NCBI GenBank assembly: GCA_030141605.1 | Contig: JAQGDQ010001898.1 | Coordinates: 1 to 21,784 of the forward strand | Origin: Tubiluchus corallicola | Taxonomy: Eukaryota; Animalia; Priapulida | Reading direction: 5' to 3' | DNA: 21,784 nt | In this document: positions 10,988 to 21,205 of the stretch, piece by piece | Position numbering within the stretch: position 1 is the stretch's first letter | How the letters are laid out: the number at the start of each line of letters is the position of its first letter | Notes under the pieces: model-generated | The model's input: the letters and a program-made list of their open reading frames with translations, nothing else | The model's database searches: none | Told to the model about the DNA's origin: nothing | Position numbers and translations under genes: made by a program

Positions 10988-11458
10988 CGGTCAACCTCGG
11001 ATATAAGGGACACCTCGGGATTCGGAAAAAACCGTCCCTTATATCCGATGTCCCACTTATAGCCGAAGTTGAGTCAGACCGTGGGTGTATCTAGACCTGT
11101 ACTTTTCTGTACTTGTACACATATTTTTATGGATTATTGCTACACATTCAGTGCAAACGGTATGTAGGAAGCTCCTTCAGTGATGCGAGATGTATGTGAC
11201 CGTGGAAACCGAGCTGTTCGAAGGCCGAGCTTACGAAAAATTCAGGTTAAAAATCGATCAATTTCACTTTGATCATAGGGTCCCTTATATGCGAGGTAAT
11301 TTACCTGGGTTTCTATTATGCGGGACCTGAAGATGTCGTCCCTTATAACCGAAAGTCCCTTACATACGAAGATTTTTACATAGGAAAAACATTACGAAAA
11401 ATCTGGACCGGTGTTGGTGGTCCCTTATAAGCGAGTACCTTATACCCGAGGTTGACTG
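10988..11458. mobile_element. pogo/Tigger-like (Tc1/mariner superfamily) MITE, 471 bp
   Basis: TIRs CGGTCAACCTCGGATATAAGG and CCTTATACCCGAGGTTGACTG (19/21). TA follows the right end; the left flank is CG. About seven CTTA(T/C)ANNCGA subterminal motifs. Confidence 0.85.
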
Positions 11459-11532
11459 TATACTGAAAAAAACCTTAGTTCACAGAACTCTTGCTTCGTG
11501 AAAATGTAGTGTATTGAATGTAAAATTGCATG

Positions 11533-12344
11533 GGCCAATCAGAGCTCAGTTTTTTAGGCCAATTCTCTCGAGCGTGTAACCTGTTCTCGTAGATTCGAGG
11601 GCAGTGCGTTCTCGGCCATGTTCGGCTTCGGATTCATTTTGTTTTTCTCTTCTTGGTTGCTGTTATTAAAGTCAGTCGTGATTCAGTCATTTTTGGTTTA
11701 ACCCCTTGGTTTGCATCTCGACTCAACGCGTAAGTGTCAGCTATAAACTGTTGCTAAGTGTTTCATTTTACTGTTTTTCTTTCTCTTCTTTCTTTTTATA
11801 ATTTTCTTTAGTTAATTATGAATCCTCGCTATCATAGCTATCAATTGCTATCAATATAACGGGTTTCAACTTCCACATTGTGCATCTGATCTTAATTACA
11901 CAGGCTCAACTTTCATCTACCCCCCACCCCTGACTCCATAAAACGATTAAAAATGTAAAATTTTTAAAAAAATTATGTAATGTAATACGTGTTATGTCAG
12001 TTTTGTAATGTCAAACGTATAAATAATGTAAATGTAATGAGTGAAATTTATGTAATGTAAAGCATGTTTCTGTTAATTGTGTCATGTCAAATGTGTATAT
12101 AGTGTAAAATATGTCATGTAAAATTTAATGTACTTTTGTAATATTGTTTTGTAAAAATATTTTAATATTGTGTTTGTAAATATGTTCATTTATTGTATAT
12201 AATTAGCTCCTAGTTTTGCACTTTAGTTTTTTTAATATGCACTGGACGCATTTGTCTTGAACAGTTTTGTTATTTTAACATTACGCTGAGGCTTACTCAA
12301 TTTTATTATAATGAGTGAACCATTTTAATGACAAATAAAAAATT

Positions 12345-12411
<67 letters not shown>
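11533..12411 (+). other. Compact transcription-unit-like or retroposed segment ending in AATAAA plus (TA)n
   Basis: GGCCAAT near 11533 and 11557; TCAGTC near 11672 and 11683; GTAAGT at 11730 through a pyrimidine tract to TTTAG at 11811; TGTAA-rich tail; AATAAA at 12334. No long ORF. Confidence 0.3.
12352..12411. repeat. (TA)n microsatellite
   Basis: About 30 perfect units. Confidence 0.98.
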
Positions 12412-12414
<3 letters not shown>

Positions 12415-12673
12415 GACGGCATCACAGTATTATGGTGTTATTTACTTCAACATCTGGTGGCATTAATTACATAAAGTAATGTATGATAACTAAAATGTAC
12501 CACTTTTTCATACACAAATATTCACAGTACTTTCATGCGTCCAAGCCTTTAATTTACACGCTCATAAGGTCGCCATTTAAATAGACAAACTAATTTAAAG
12601 ACAACACGTATTTTAGAAATTTCATCGTTTATCGAAATCGTATCGCAAATTTTTGTATCAGTGCCCATCACTT
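12412..12673. mobile_element. Possible terminal fragment of a hAT-like element (mirrored at 20876-21136)
   Basis: Ends ATCGAAATCGTATCGCAAA...GTGCCCATCACT, which reads AGTGATGGGCAC on the minus strand with ATCG subterminal motifs. No partner end or TSD seen. Confidence 0.35.
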
Positions 12674-13234
12674 ATTTGTTTACATTTGTATGTTACCTAA
12701 ATTTGAATTTTAGATAAATTTCTATTTATACTTTGTTGCCATGGCAATTTTAATACGGCTTGCCTTTCTGCTTAGCTTAATTATGCAGCACTCGAAAGCT
12801 GATGTCCTTCTTGATATTGATGGTTGCGGCGAGGACTGAACCTAGCGCTTTTTCGAGGCTAATCCTCTAAGATGAGATGCGGCGTTCCAGCTTTCACAAC
12901 TCTCTCTCTCAACTGTGTAAAAGTAATATAACTGTTTCAATATTCTGTTGATAGATGGCGCCACAAGGGCAAAATTATTACTGAGCAAGTGCTGATAAAG
13001 GGTTATTTATTTTTAGTATTAATTTGGAGTGACAGTGTTATCACCAACTCTTATCGTAAATTACCTGTTTCAACAGGTGTAGTAATTAAGCTAACATTCA
13101 CAGTAAGGCAGTGTAAACACCTGTGCATCCATTTTCTATGTATTCCTCTTAGCTCTTACTTGTGAGGTATTAGGAAGGTAATCAGATGGTGTAATTGACG
13201 TAATAATGTAGACACTCTCAAATTATTTATTTTG

Positions 13235-13488
13235 CTAATTTCTCTTGTTTGAAAACTAATAAATAAGTAGGACAGTAGTTAGTTCATTTTGCAGCATTTT
13301 GTACATTAAATTGTGTGTATATATTTTTTAAATTGATCAAAGATGGCAGCACCATACAGTTCTCTCTTCTAATTTCTCCTTATTGAAAACTAATAAATAA
13401 GTTGGACAGTGATTAGTTCATTTTGCAGCATTTTGTACATTAAATTTTGTGTATATTTTCTTAAATCGACCAAAGATGGCAGCACCAT
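13235..13488 (+). repeat. Two-copy tandem duplication, ~134-bp period
   Basis: CTAATTTCTC...GAAAACTAATAAATAAGT.GGACAGT...CAAAGATGGCAGCACCAT starts at 13235 and 13369. Confidence 0.92.
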
Positions 13489-15211
13489 GCGTATAGCTTA
13501 GTAAACACAAGGACTTGCCTTTGCGAAGTGGCTGTAACTGTAATTTTTAATTTACGGATTTATTTGCTTATTGGTCAATGTTAGTGTATTTAAGATAGAT
13601 GAGTAAAATACAACTTAATGCTGATAATTTATTTTAATTAATTAGCCTTTTTAATATGCACCTTACTTATCTTGCACAGTTCACACCGGTCGGAAAGGTG
13701 TAATGTTTAATTTTTTCATTTAATTTTCATCACATCAATTTGAATAATAAATACAGTCTAATTTGTTGAAGAAATAAGGTGTCGAAAAATTGTGAATCAG
13801 TCGGGACTTGAACTCGATATCTTGCAGACGTGGAGATGTTTGTAAATTTCGAAATTTTTTTCTGCGATGTTTGCGATTTCTACTCGTGGGAATTTTGTTA
13901 TTTTTCGTTTGTTTAGCGCGACTTATTTTACTTAAGTAAAAATATTTTACTTATTTTTAAACTTTTTAAATTTGGATTCTAGTACTAACAATTTAATTCT
14001 AGAACAAATCTATTCCGTTTAAGAATTTTCAAAAAAAAAAAATTATTTAACAAATTATTTAAAATGCAAATTTCATTATTAAATTTTGATCTAAATTAAA
14101 CATGGAGTGATTTTAATTGTTCAGTTTTTAATTGTTTAGGTTTTCAACGATGTTTCATCTGTTGTTGGGAGATTTGTAATTAATGTAGCAGATTTTTGAG
14201 ACGCTCGGTTTACTGTTCCTTATATTAAAAAATAACATATAATATTATTTAACATAAGCTTGCTATAAAATATGATATGTCAGGTTTAGACTGTCAGCTC
14301 TTGTAATTTATTTTTAAATTTTAAATTCAAATTTTAACTGTAGTTGTATCAATTTTTAGAATGGAGTTGTTTCAGCAGTATTAGTTCAAATTCTTATCAC
14401 ATTTTTTCTGCCAGAACAGATTTTTTTAAACTATCGTAGCAAGACTGAAGTACTAAACTACAGGAAACATATAATTAATGTGCAAATAATAAATAATATA
14501 TATTATTATATTAAATGTTTACAATTAATATATTAGTAGAATATTGGTTGACTAATGCAATTCGTTTATACGAAACACTATAATGTAGAAAACATATTTA
14601 TATAATGTAAATGCAAAAGTTTTTTACATCTGTATTTTAAACAGTGGAAGTTTATGTATTCTACCCCAAGAATACTTTTTAAGGCTTTTTATGCTAAAGG
14701 TAAATTGAAAAACAGAGAAAATCAAGCTTACCTTCCAAAAGAACCGTTTAATTCCAATTTCAGGCAAGTGTAATGAGTGAGTAACTGCAGTGAGTGTTTA
14801 GCTATAAAGTTAAGCGTTTAGCAAGGCAAGTGAGTAAGCTTGTGTGAGCCTCGGGGGTCAACAAATGACTTGTTAGACTTTTGTGAGCTTACAGAGACAG
14901 CAAATGACTAATTGGACTTGTGTGAGCATAAGGAGTCAACAAATGACTCGTTAGACTTTTGTGAGCATACAGAGACAGCAAGTGAATAGTTGGACTTGTG
15001 TGAGCCTAAGGAGTCAGCAAATGACTCGTTAGACTTTTGTGAGCATACAGAGACAGCAAATGAATAGTTGGACTTGTGTGAGCCTAAGGAGTCAGCAAAT
15101 GACTCGTTAGACTTTTGTGAGCATACAGAGACAGCAAATGAATAGTTGGACTTGTGTGAGCCTAAGGAGTCAGCAAATGACTCGTTAGACTTTTGTGAGC
15201 ATACAGAGACA
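13351..15211 (+). repeat. Fold-back left arm, inner segment (inverted copy at 17943-19729)
   Basis: Reverse-complement match, near-identical except for a diverged patch at ~14370-14690 that includes a ~70-bp indel. Confidence 0.97.
14839..15211 (-). repeat. 78-bp tandem repeat (dimer of 39-bp subunits), ~4.8 copies
   Basis: The unit gives the 26-aa periodicity of ORF 14908-15276; both subunits begin GCTCACA on the minus strand. Confidence 0.95.
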
Positions 15212-15726
15212 TTATTGGAAAGTTGGAAAGGATTAATTTCACAGCTTCTGGCACCTCTTGGTCTTACAGATGACACAAAACAAAATGGCGACCAACAACC
15301 TATTTTCAGTTCGTCTAGTTTTCAAGAGAAAATATCTCAGAAGTAGAATTACACTGACAAGAAATGGACAAAGAGAAAAGAGACATTATTGGAAAGGGCT
15401 AATTTCACAGCTTCTGGCAACTCTTAGCTAAAACAAAATGGCGACCAACAACCTATTTTCGGTTCGTCTGCATTTCAAGAGAAAATATCTAAGAAAAAGA
15501 ATTACACTGGCAAGAAATGGACAAAGAGAAAAGAGACATTATTGGAAAGGGTTAATTTCACAGCTTCTGGCACCTCTTAGCCTTACAGATGACCCAAAAC
15601 AAAATGGCGACCAACAACCTATTTTCAGTTCGTCTAGTTTTCAAGAGAAAATATCTCAGAAGTAGAATTACACTGGCAAGAAATGGACAAAGAGAAAAGA
15701 GACATTATCGGAAAGGGTTAATTTCA
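15205..15726 (+). repeat. ~166-bp tandem repeat, 3 copies plus a partial
   Basis: The AGAGAC of AGAGACATTAT(T/C)GGAAAG ends at 15210, 15384, 15537 and 15703 (spacings 174, 153, 166). Each unit has CAAAATGGCGACC and AAAATATCT. Confidence 0.95.
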
Positions 15727-15748
15727 TCGCTGTTTGTATTGCGGTTTG

Positions 15749-15958
15749 TCAATTTCGGTGTAACAACACAGACACAATAATTTCCTGCAACCACACAGCA
15801 ACGTAATGTTTTCTCATCAGCTGCCAGGCTATTTGTTTTAACGTATCTGTAAAAATAATAGCATCGCTGGCGCTTGGAAAATGTGTCAACATTCTGGCGC
15901 TTAGTCCGTGGCTATGTGTACACGAATGCCATACCAATGAACTACGTTGTTTGCCCAT
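15749..15958 (-). pseudogene. Possible decayed BED zinc-finger (transposase-type N-terminus)
   Basis: MGKQRSSLVWH...TDTLKQIAWQLMRKH resembles the S-x-V-W start and L-x-x-K-H end of zf-BED, but the CxxC pair and the first His are missing. Confidence 0.25.
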
Positions 15959-16212
15959 CTATGCGGGCGCTTCTAATTTGAAATAGAAAGTGTTGTTTGC
16001 CGAGACAAATTAGACTGTTATCTTTAAATCAAAACGTATTTATCGCGAAAATATTACAAGCCATCATTATACCTGATGAAAGGAAAGGTCTACAGAAAGA
16101 GGGCCTGGCTGTCGTGACGTTAAAGTGTCGCTGCAACCGACATTGGCAGGTTTATCAGACTGTTTTTGAAGTTGCGATGTTCGTGTTAAGCAGATGAAAT
16201 CAATGGATAAAA

Positions 16213-16392
16213 ACATGGTCTAACTTTGCAATCTGTATTTTACTCAAAATCATAGTCTCATAGTCAATCCACATTGGTTTAACTTTGCAATCTGTATTTT
16301 ACTCAAAATCATAGTCTCATAGTCAATCCACATTGGTTTAACTTTGCGATCTGTATTTTACTCAAAATCATAGTCTCATTGTCAATCCACAT
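16213..16392 (+). repeat. 59-bp tandem repeat, 3 copies
   Basis: TAACTTTGC.ATCTGTATTTTACTCAAAATCATAGTCTCAT.GTCAATCCACAT at 16221, 16280 and 16339. Confidence 0.96.
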
Positions 16393-17194
16393 ATACACAA
16401 AAATTGTAAACATAATCAACAGTAGTAAACAAAAGTTAAAGTAAATCCATCAGCCAATATATCATGGCACCTGAGTCAAAACCTTATTATAACCACACAA
16501 CAGCTTAAGCCTATTGCTTGTCTTCTCATCTTGCTACCAAGTGTGAAAAACTACTACATTCACAGAGAAGCCCAGTAACCCAGTTCCATACAAACATATA
16601 ACAGTAGCAAGTACATACTTATATTGGAAACTTCCAAGTGTACAAACAGATGTCAGCACTGACTTAGTGGTAATGAAAAACTAAAGTTTAAAACTACAAA
16701 TCAAAATTATTGATAAACTGTAAATTAAATGCTCGCATCTGCGACACCGCTAACCTGATCATTTACTGTACTTTGTACCAAATTACCTATAAAAAATTAT
16801 CCGTCTTTTTTTTGTTTATTTTGGTACTGGTGTCCCATACCTCCCCGCATCTCAAAAGGAAAACTGGACAATAGATTGGACTCAATCTCATTTTGATTTA
16901 GTGTCGAAAATATGGACCTTCTTGCCTATGAAACTGAGCGAGCGAACACAGCGATCACTTACGTCACAAACTAACTACAGTTTGTGCAATGGTGGACATC
17001 TTCCCTGTAATCTAGCACGTTTGCGAAGATTGCTGATGTGATGTCACGAAAATGAGCTCTAGATCACACTGACATCACAGGCGAACACTGCTTATTACGG
17101 TACCACACCTATTTGTCTGCCATGCGAATGTGACAAAAGTGTCATTACCAGTCTTAGTGCATTCGCTGAGGCGCGCGTAGCTTTGAAAGTTTGT

Positions 17195-17900
17195 GCTCAC
17201 ACATGTCCAACTAGATATATACTTAGTCCCTATGCTCACACATGTCCAACTAGATATATACTTAGTCCCTATGCTCACACATGTCCAACTAGATATATGC
17301 TACTTCCTATGCTCACACATGTCCAACTAGATATATGCTGACTTCCTATGCTCACACATGTCCAACTAGATATATGCTACTTCCTATGTTCACACATGTC
17401 CCACTAGATATATGCTGACTTGCTATGCTCACATATGTCCAACTAGATATATGCTACTTGCTATGCTCACACATGTCCAACTAGATATATGCTACTTCCT
17501 ATGTTCACATATGTCCAACTAGATATATGCTACTTCTTATGCTCACATATGTCCAACTAGATATATGCTACTTCCTATGCTCACACATGTTCAACTAGAT
17601 ATATGCTACTTCCTATGCTAACACATGTCCAACTAGATATATGCTACTTCCTATGTTCACATATGTCCAACTAGATATATGCTACTTCTTATGCTCACAC
17701 ATGTCCAACTAGATATATGCTACTTCCTATGCTCACACATGTCCAACTAGATATATGCTACTTCCTATGCTCACATATGTCCAACTAGATATATGCTACT
17801 TCTTATGCTCACACATGTCCAACTAGATATATGCTACTTCTTATGCTCACACATGTCCAACTAGATATATGCTAGTCCCTATGCTCACATGGGTCTAACT
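17195..17900 (+). repeat. 38/39-bp minisatellite GCTCACACATGTCCAACTAGATATATGCTACTTCCTAT, ~18 copies
   Basis: Directly visible head-to-tail units. Confidence 0.97.
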
Positions 17901-17920
17901 TGCAGACTCCCCACATTCAT

Positions 17921-18310
17921 ACGAGTCCAACTATTCATTTGCTGTCTCTGTATGCTCACAAAAGTCTAACGAGTCATTTGCTGACTCCTTAGGACGAGTC
18001 CAACTATTCATTTGCTGTCTCTGTATGCTCACAAAAGTCTAACGAGTCATTTGCTGACTCCTTAGGCTCACACAAGTCCAACTATTCATTTGCTGTCTCT
18101 GTATGCTCACAAAAGTCTAACGAGTCATTTGCTGACTCCTTAGGCTCACACAAGTCCAACTATTCACTTGCTGTCTCTGTATGCTCACAAAAGTCTAACG
18201 AGTCATTTGTTGACTCCTTATGCTCACACAAGTCCAATTAGTCATTTGCTGTCTCTGTAAGCTCACAAAAGTCTAACAAGTCATTTGTTGACCCCCGAGG
18301 CTCACACAAG
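17921..18310 (+). repeat. 78-bp tandem repeat, inverted counterpart of 14839-15211
   Basis: Same unit with the same diagnostic variants in mirrored order; the innermost unit is 73 bp. Confidence 0.95.
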
Positions 18311-19729
18311 CTTACTCACTTGCCTTGCTAAACGCTTAACTTTATAGCTAAACACTCACTGCAGTTACTCACTCATTACACTTGCCTGAAATTGGAATTA
18401 AACGGTTCTTTTGGAAGGTAAGCTTGATTTTCTCTGTTTTTCAATTTACCTTTAGCATAAAAAGCCTTTATATTGTATAAATATGTTTTCTACATTATAG
18501 TGTTTCGTATAAACAAATTGCATTGGTCAACCAATATTCTACTAATATATTAATTGTAAACATTTAATATATTATCATATATATATATTATTTATTATTT
18601 GCACATTAATTATATGTTTCCTGTAGTTTAGTACTTCAGTCTCACTATAGTTTAAAAAAAATCAGTTCTGGCAGAAAAAATGTGATAAGAATTTGAACTA
18701 ATACTGATGAAACAACTCCATTCTAAAAATTGATACAACTACAGTTAAAATTTGAATTTAAAATTTAAAAATAAATTACAAGAGCTGACAGTCTAAACCT
18801 GACATATCATATTTTATAGCAAGCTTATGTTAAATAATATTATATGTTATTTTTTAATATAAGGAACAGTAAACCGAGCGTCTCAAAAATCTGCTACATT
18901 AATTACAAATCTCCCAACAACAGATGAAACATCGTTGAAAACCTAAACAATTAAAAACTGAACAATTAAAATCACTCCATGTTTAATTTAGATCAAAATT
19001 TAATAATGAAATTTGCATTTTAAATAATTTGTTAAATAATTTTTTTTTTGAAAATTCTTAAACGGAATAGATTTGTTCTAGAATTAAATTGTTAGTACTA
19101 GAATCCAAATTTAAAAAGTTTAAAAATAAGTAAAATATTTTTACTTAAGTAAAATAAGTCGCGCTAAACAAACGAAAAATAACAAAATTCCCACGAGTAG
19201 AAATCGCAAACATCGCAGAAAAAAATTTCGAAATTTACAAACATCTCCACGTCTGCAAGATATCGAGTTCAAGTCCCGACTGATTCACAATTTTTCGACA
19301 CCTTATATCTTCAACAAATTAGACTGTATTTATTATTCAAATTGATGTGATGAAAATTAAATGAAAAAATTAAACATTACACCTTTCCGACCGGTGTGAA
19401 CTGTGCAAGATAAGTAAGGTGCATATTAAAAAGGCTAATTAATTAAAATAAATTATCAGCATTAAGTTGTATTTTACTCATCTATCTTAAATACACTAAC
19501 ATTGACCAATAAGTAAATAAATCCGTAAATTAAAAATTACAGTTACAGCCACTTCGCAAAGGCAAGTCCTTGTGTTTACTAAGCTATACGTATGGTGCTG
19601 CCATCTTTGGTCGATTTAAGAAAATATACACAAAATTTAATGTACAAAATGCTGCAAAATGAACTAATCACTGTCCAACTTATTTATTAGTTTTCAATAA
19701 GGAGAAATTAGAAGAGAGAACTGTATGGT
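17943..19729 (-). repeat. Fold-back right arm, inner segment
   Basis: Reverse complement of 13351-15211. Confidence 0.97.
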
Positions 19730-20866
19730 AGAGCTGTAAAACTTTGCAATTTGTAAATGAGCCTAATACATGAATCAACTGATCGCTTTCCTAACTAGCA
19801 ATTGAAGCAGGTGGATTTCTGCTTCACATTTTGTGCAATAGATGGCAGCAGCTGCATCCTATGTGCGAACCATCTTTGTCAGCATTTTCTACATCGTCTT
19901 TCTATCATTGGTGGTTTTCAGTTTCAGTGATTTGCCTTATATATACCAGTTGTCATGTCAGCCTGCAGAAAATATTTTTTCCGCTAAATGCTCAGTGCTT
20001 GGCAGCCTTGCCTACATCTTCAAAAATGAGGATTCTCTCTTTTAGCAAAACCGGACCCAATCTTAAACTGTAGGTCAAAACAATTTACTTTTTAAAGGGA
20101 CAGGGAGCATTGAAAAGAAACATACTATTTTTTCAAAAATAACTTACGTGAAAGAATTATTTCCACACAAATACAATTTCACGTTCGCACCACGTGTTCT
20201 TCGCTGTTACATGTTTTTCGCCATTTGCTAGTTAGATGGGCACTAGCGCCTGCATTGCAAAAATGCACAAAAACAAGTGATCTACGTCTCAGTTCAGATG
20301 TGTTAGTTTGTGACGAACACACACGTTCGACACCAACACAAAAAAAAAAACAAAACCCAAACAACACACAACACAACACACCAACCGCTTTCGCAAATAC
20401 GCGCAACACTCGTCGAATATTTTTAATACTGAAAATTATGTTAGTTTGTGATGTCATCAATACATGGGCTCGACCGCCGTTAATTAATTTTCCAATCTAT
20501 AATATAATTATCAGAAACGCTTTTTCAGTATTAATCATTAAAATGTATACTTTTTATCGTACTTGAAAATGGAGTAGTAAATTAAAAATCATCCTGCCTT
20601 CCTTTAAACTTTTAATAAGTATTACTAAAATTGATAAGGACACCTTATACGTGCACATTTACGCCCTAAGGCCAACGTAATGGTTGAATTAATGACCATG
20701 TTTACCTACAGAACTTATAATTGCCTATAATAAGAACTTTCTAGTAGAAGTGGCTAGACAAGCACCATTCTACGAGGATCACATTTCTTTATGTTACTAT
20801 ATTAGCAACACTAACGTTCTTTTCACAAAAAAGGCTCAAACAATTTAGTATTTCCACTTGGGAATG
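19726..20866 (+). repeat. Direct copy of 9570-10773 interrupting the right arm
   Basis: Starts at TGGT, shared with the arm end, and ends at AATG, shared with the arm restart. Confidence 0.96.
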
Positions 20867-21133
20867 TAAACAAATAAGTGATGGGCACTGATACAAAAAT
20901 TTGCGATACGATTTCGATGCGATTTTAATTTCTAAAATACATGCTGTCTTTAAACTAGTTTATATATTTAAATGGTGACCTTACCAGTGTGTAAATTAAA
21001 AGTTTGCACTCATGAAAGTATTGTGAATTTTTGTACATGAAAAAGTGGTACATTTTAGTTGCTATACATTAGTTTATGTAATTAGTACCACCAGATATTG
21101 AAGTAAATAACACCATAATACTATGATACCGTC

Positions 21134-21205
<72 letters not shown>

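Larger units (their letters stand above)
11770..12686 (+). repeat. Fold-back left arm, outer segment (inverted copy at 20863-21776)
   Basis: Reverse-complement match along its length, including the (TA)n run and the CTACCCCC.CCCCTGACTCCAT motif. Confidence 0.96.

Noticed and set aside
13803-13815. tRNA gene (B-box-like GAGTTCAAGTCCC on the minus strand, mirrored at 19265-19277)
   Set aside because: No A-box or cloverleaf could be built; at most a fragment of a tRNA-derived SINE.
713-15721. Giant piggyBac bounded by TTAACCCTTTC (713) and GAAAGGGTTAA (in the 166-bp array)
   Set aside because: The match is only 11 bp, the right motif is part of a tandem unit, and there is no subterminal similarity or transposase.
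14908-15780. Repeat-protein ORFs
   Set aside because: They arise from the 78-bp and 166-bp arrays; the 166-bp units shift frame between copies.
20179-20566. ORFs crossing the A/C tract
   Set aside because: They are open only because the probably artefactual tract lacks stop codons; the donor copy does not share them.
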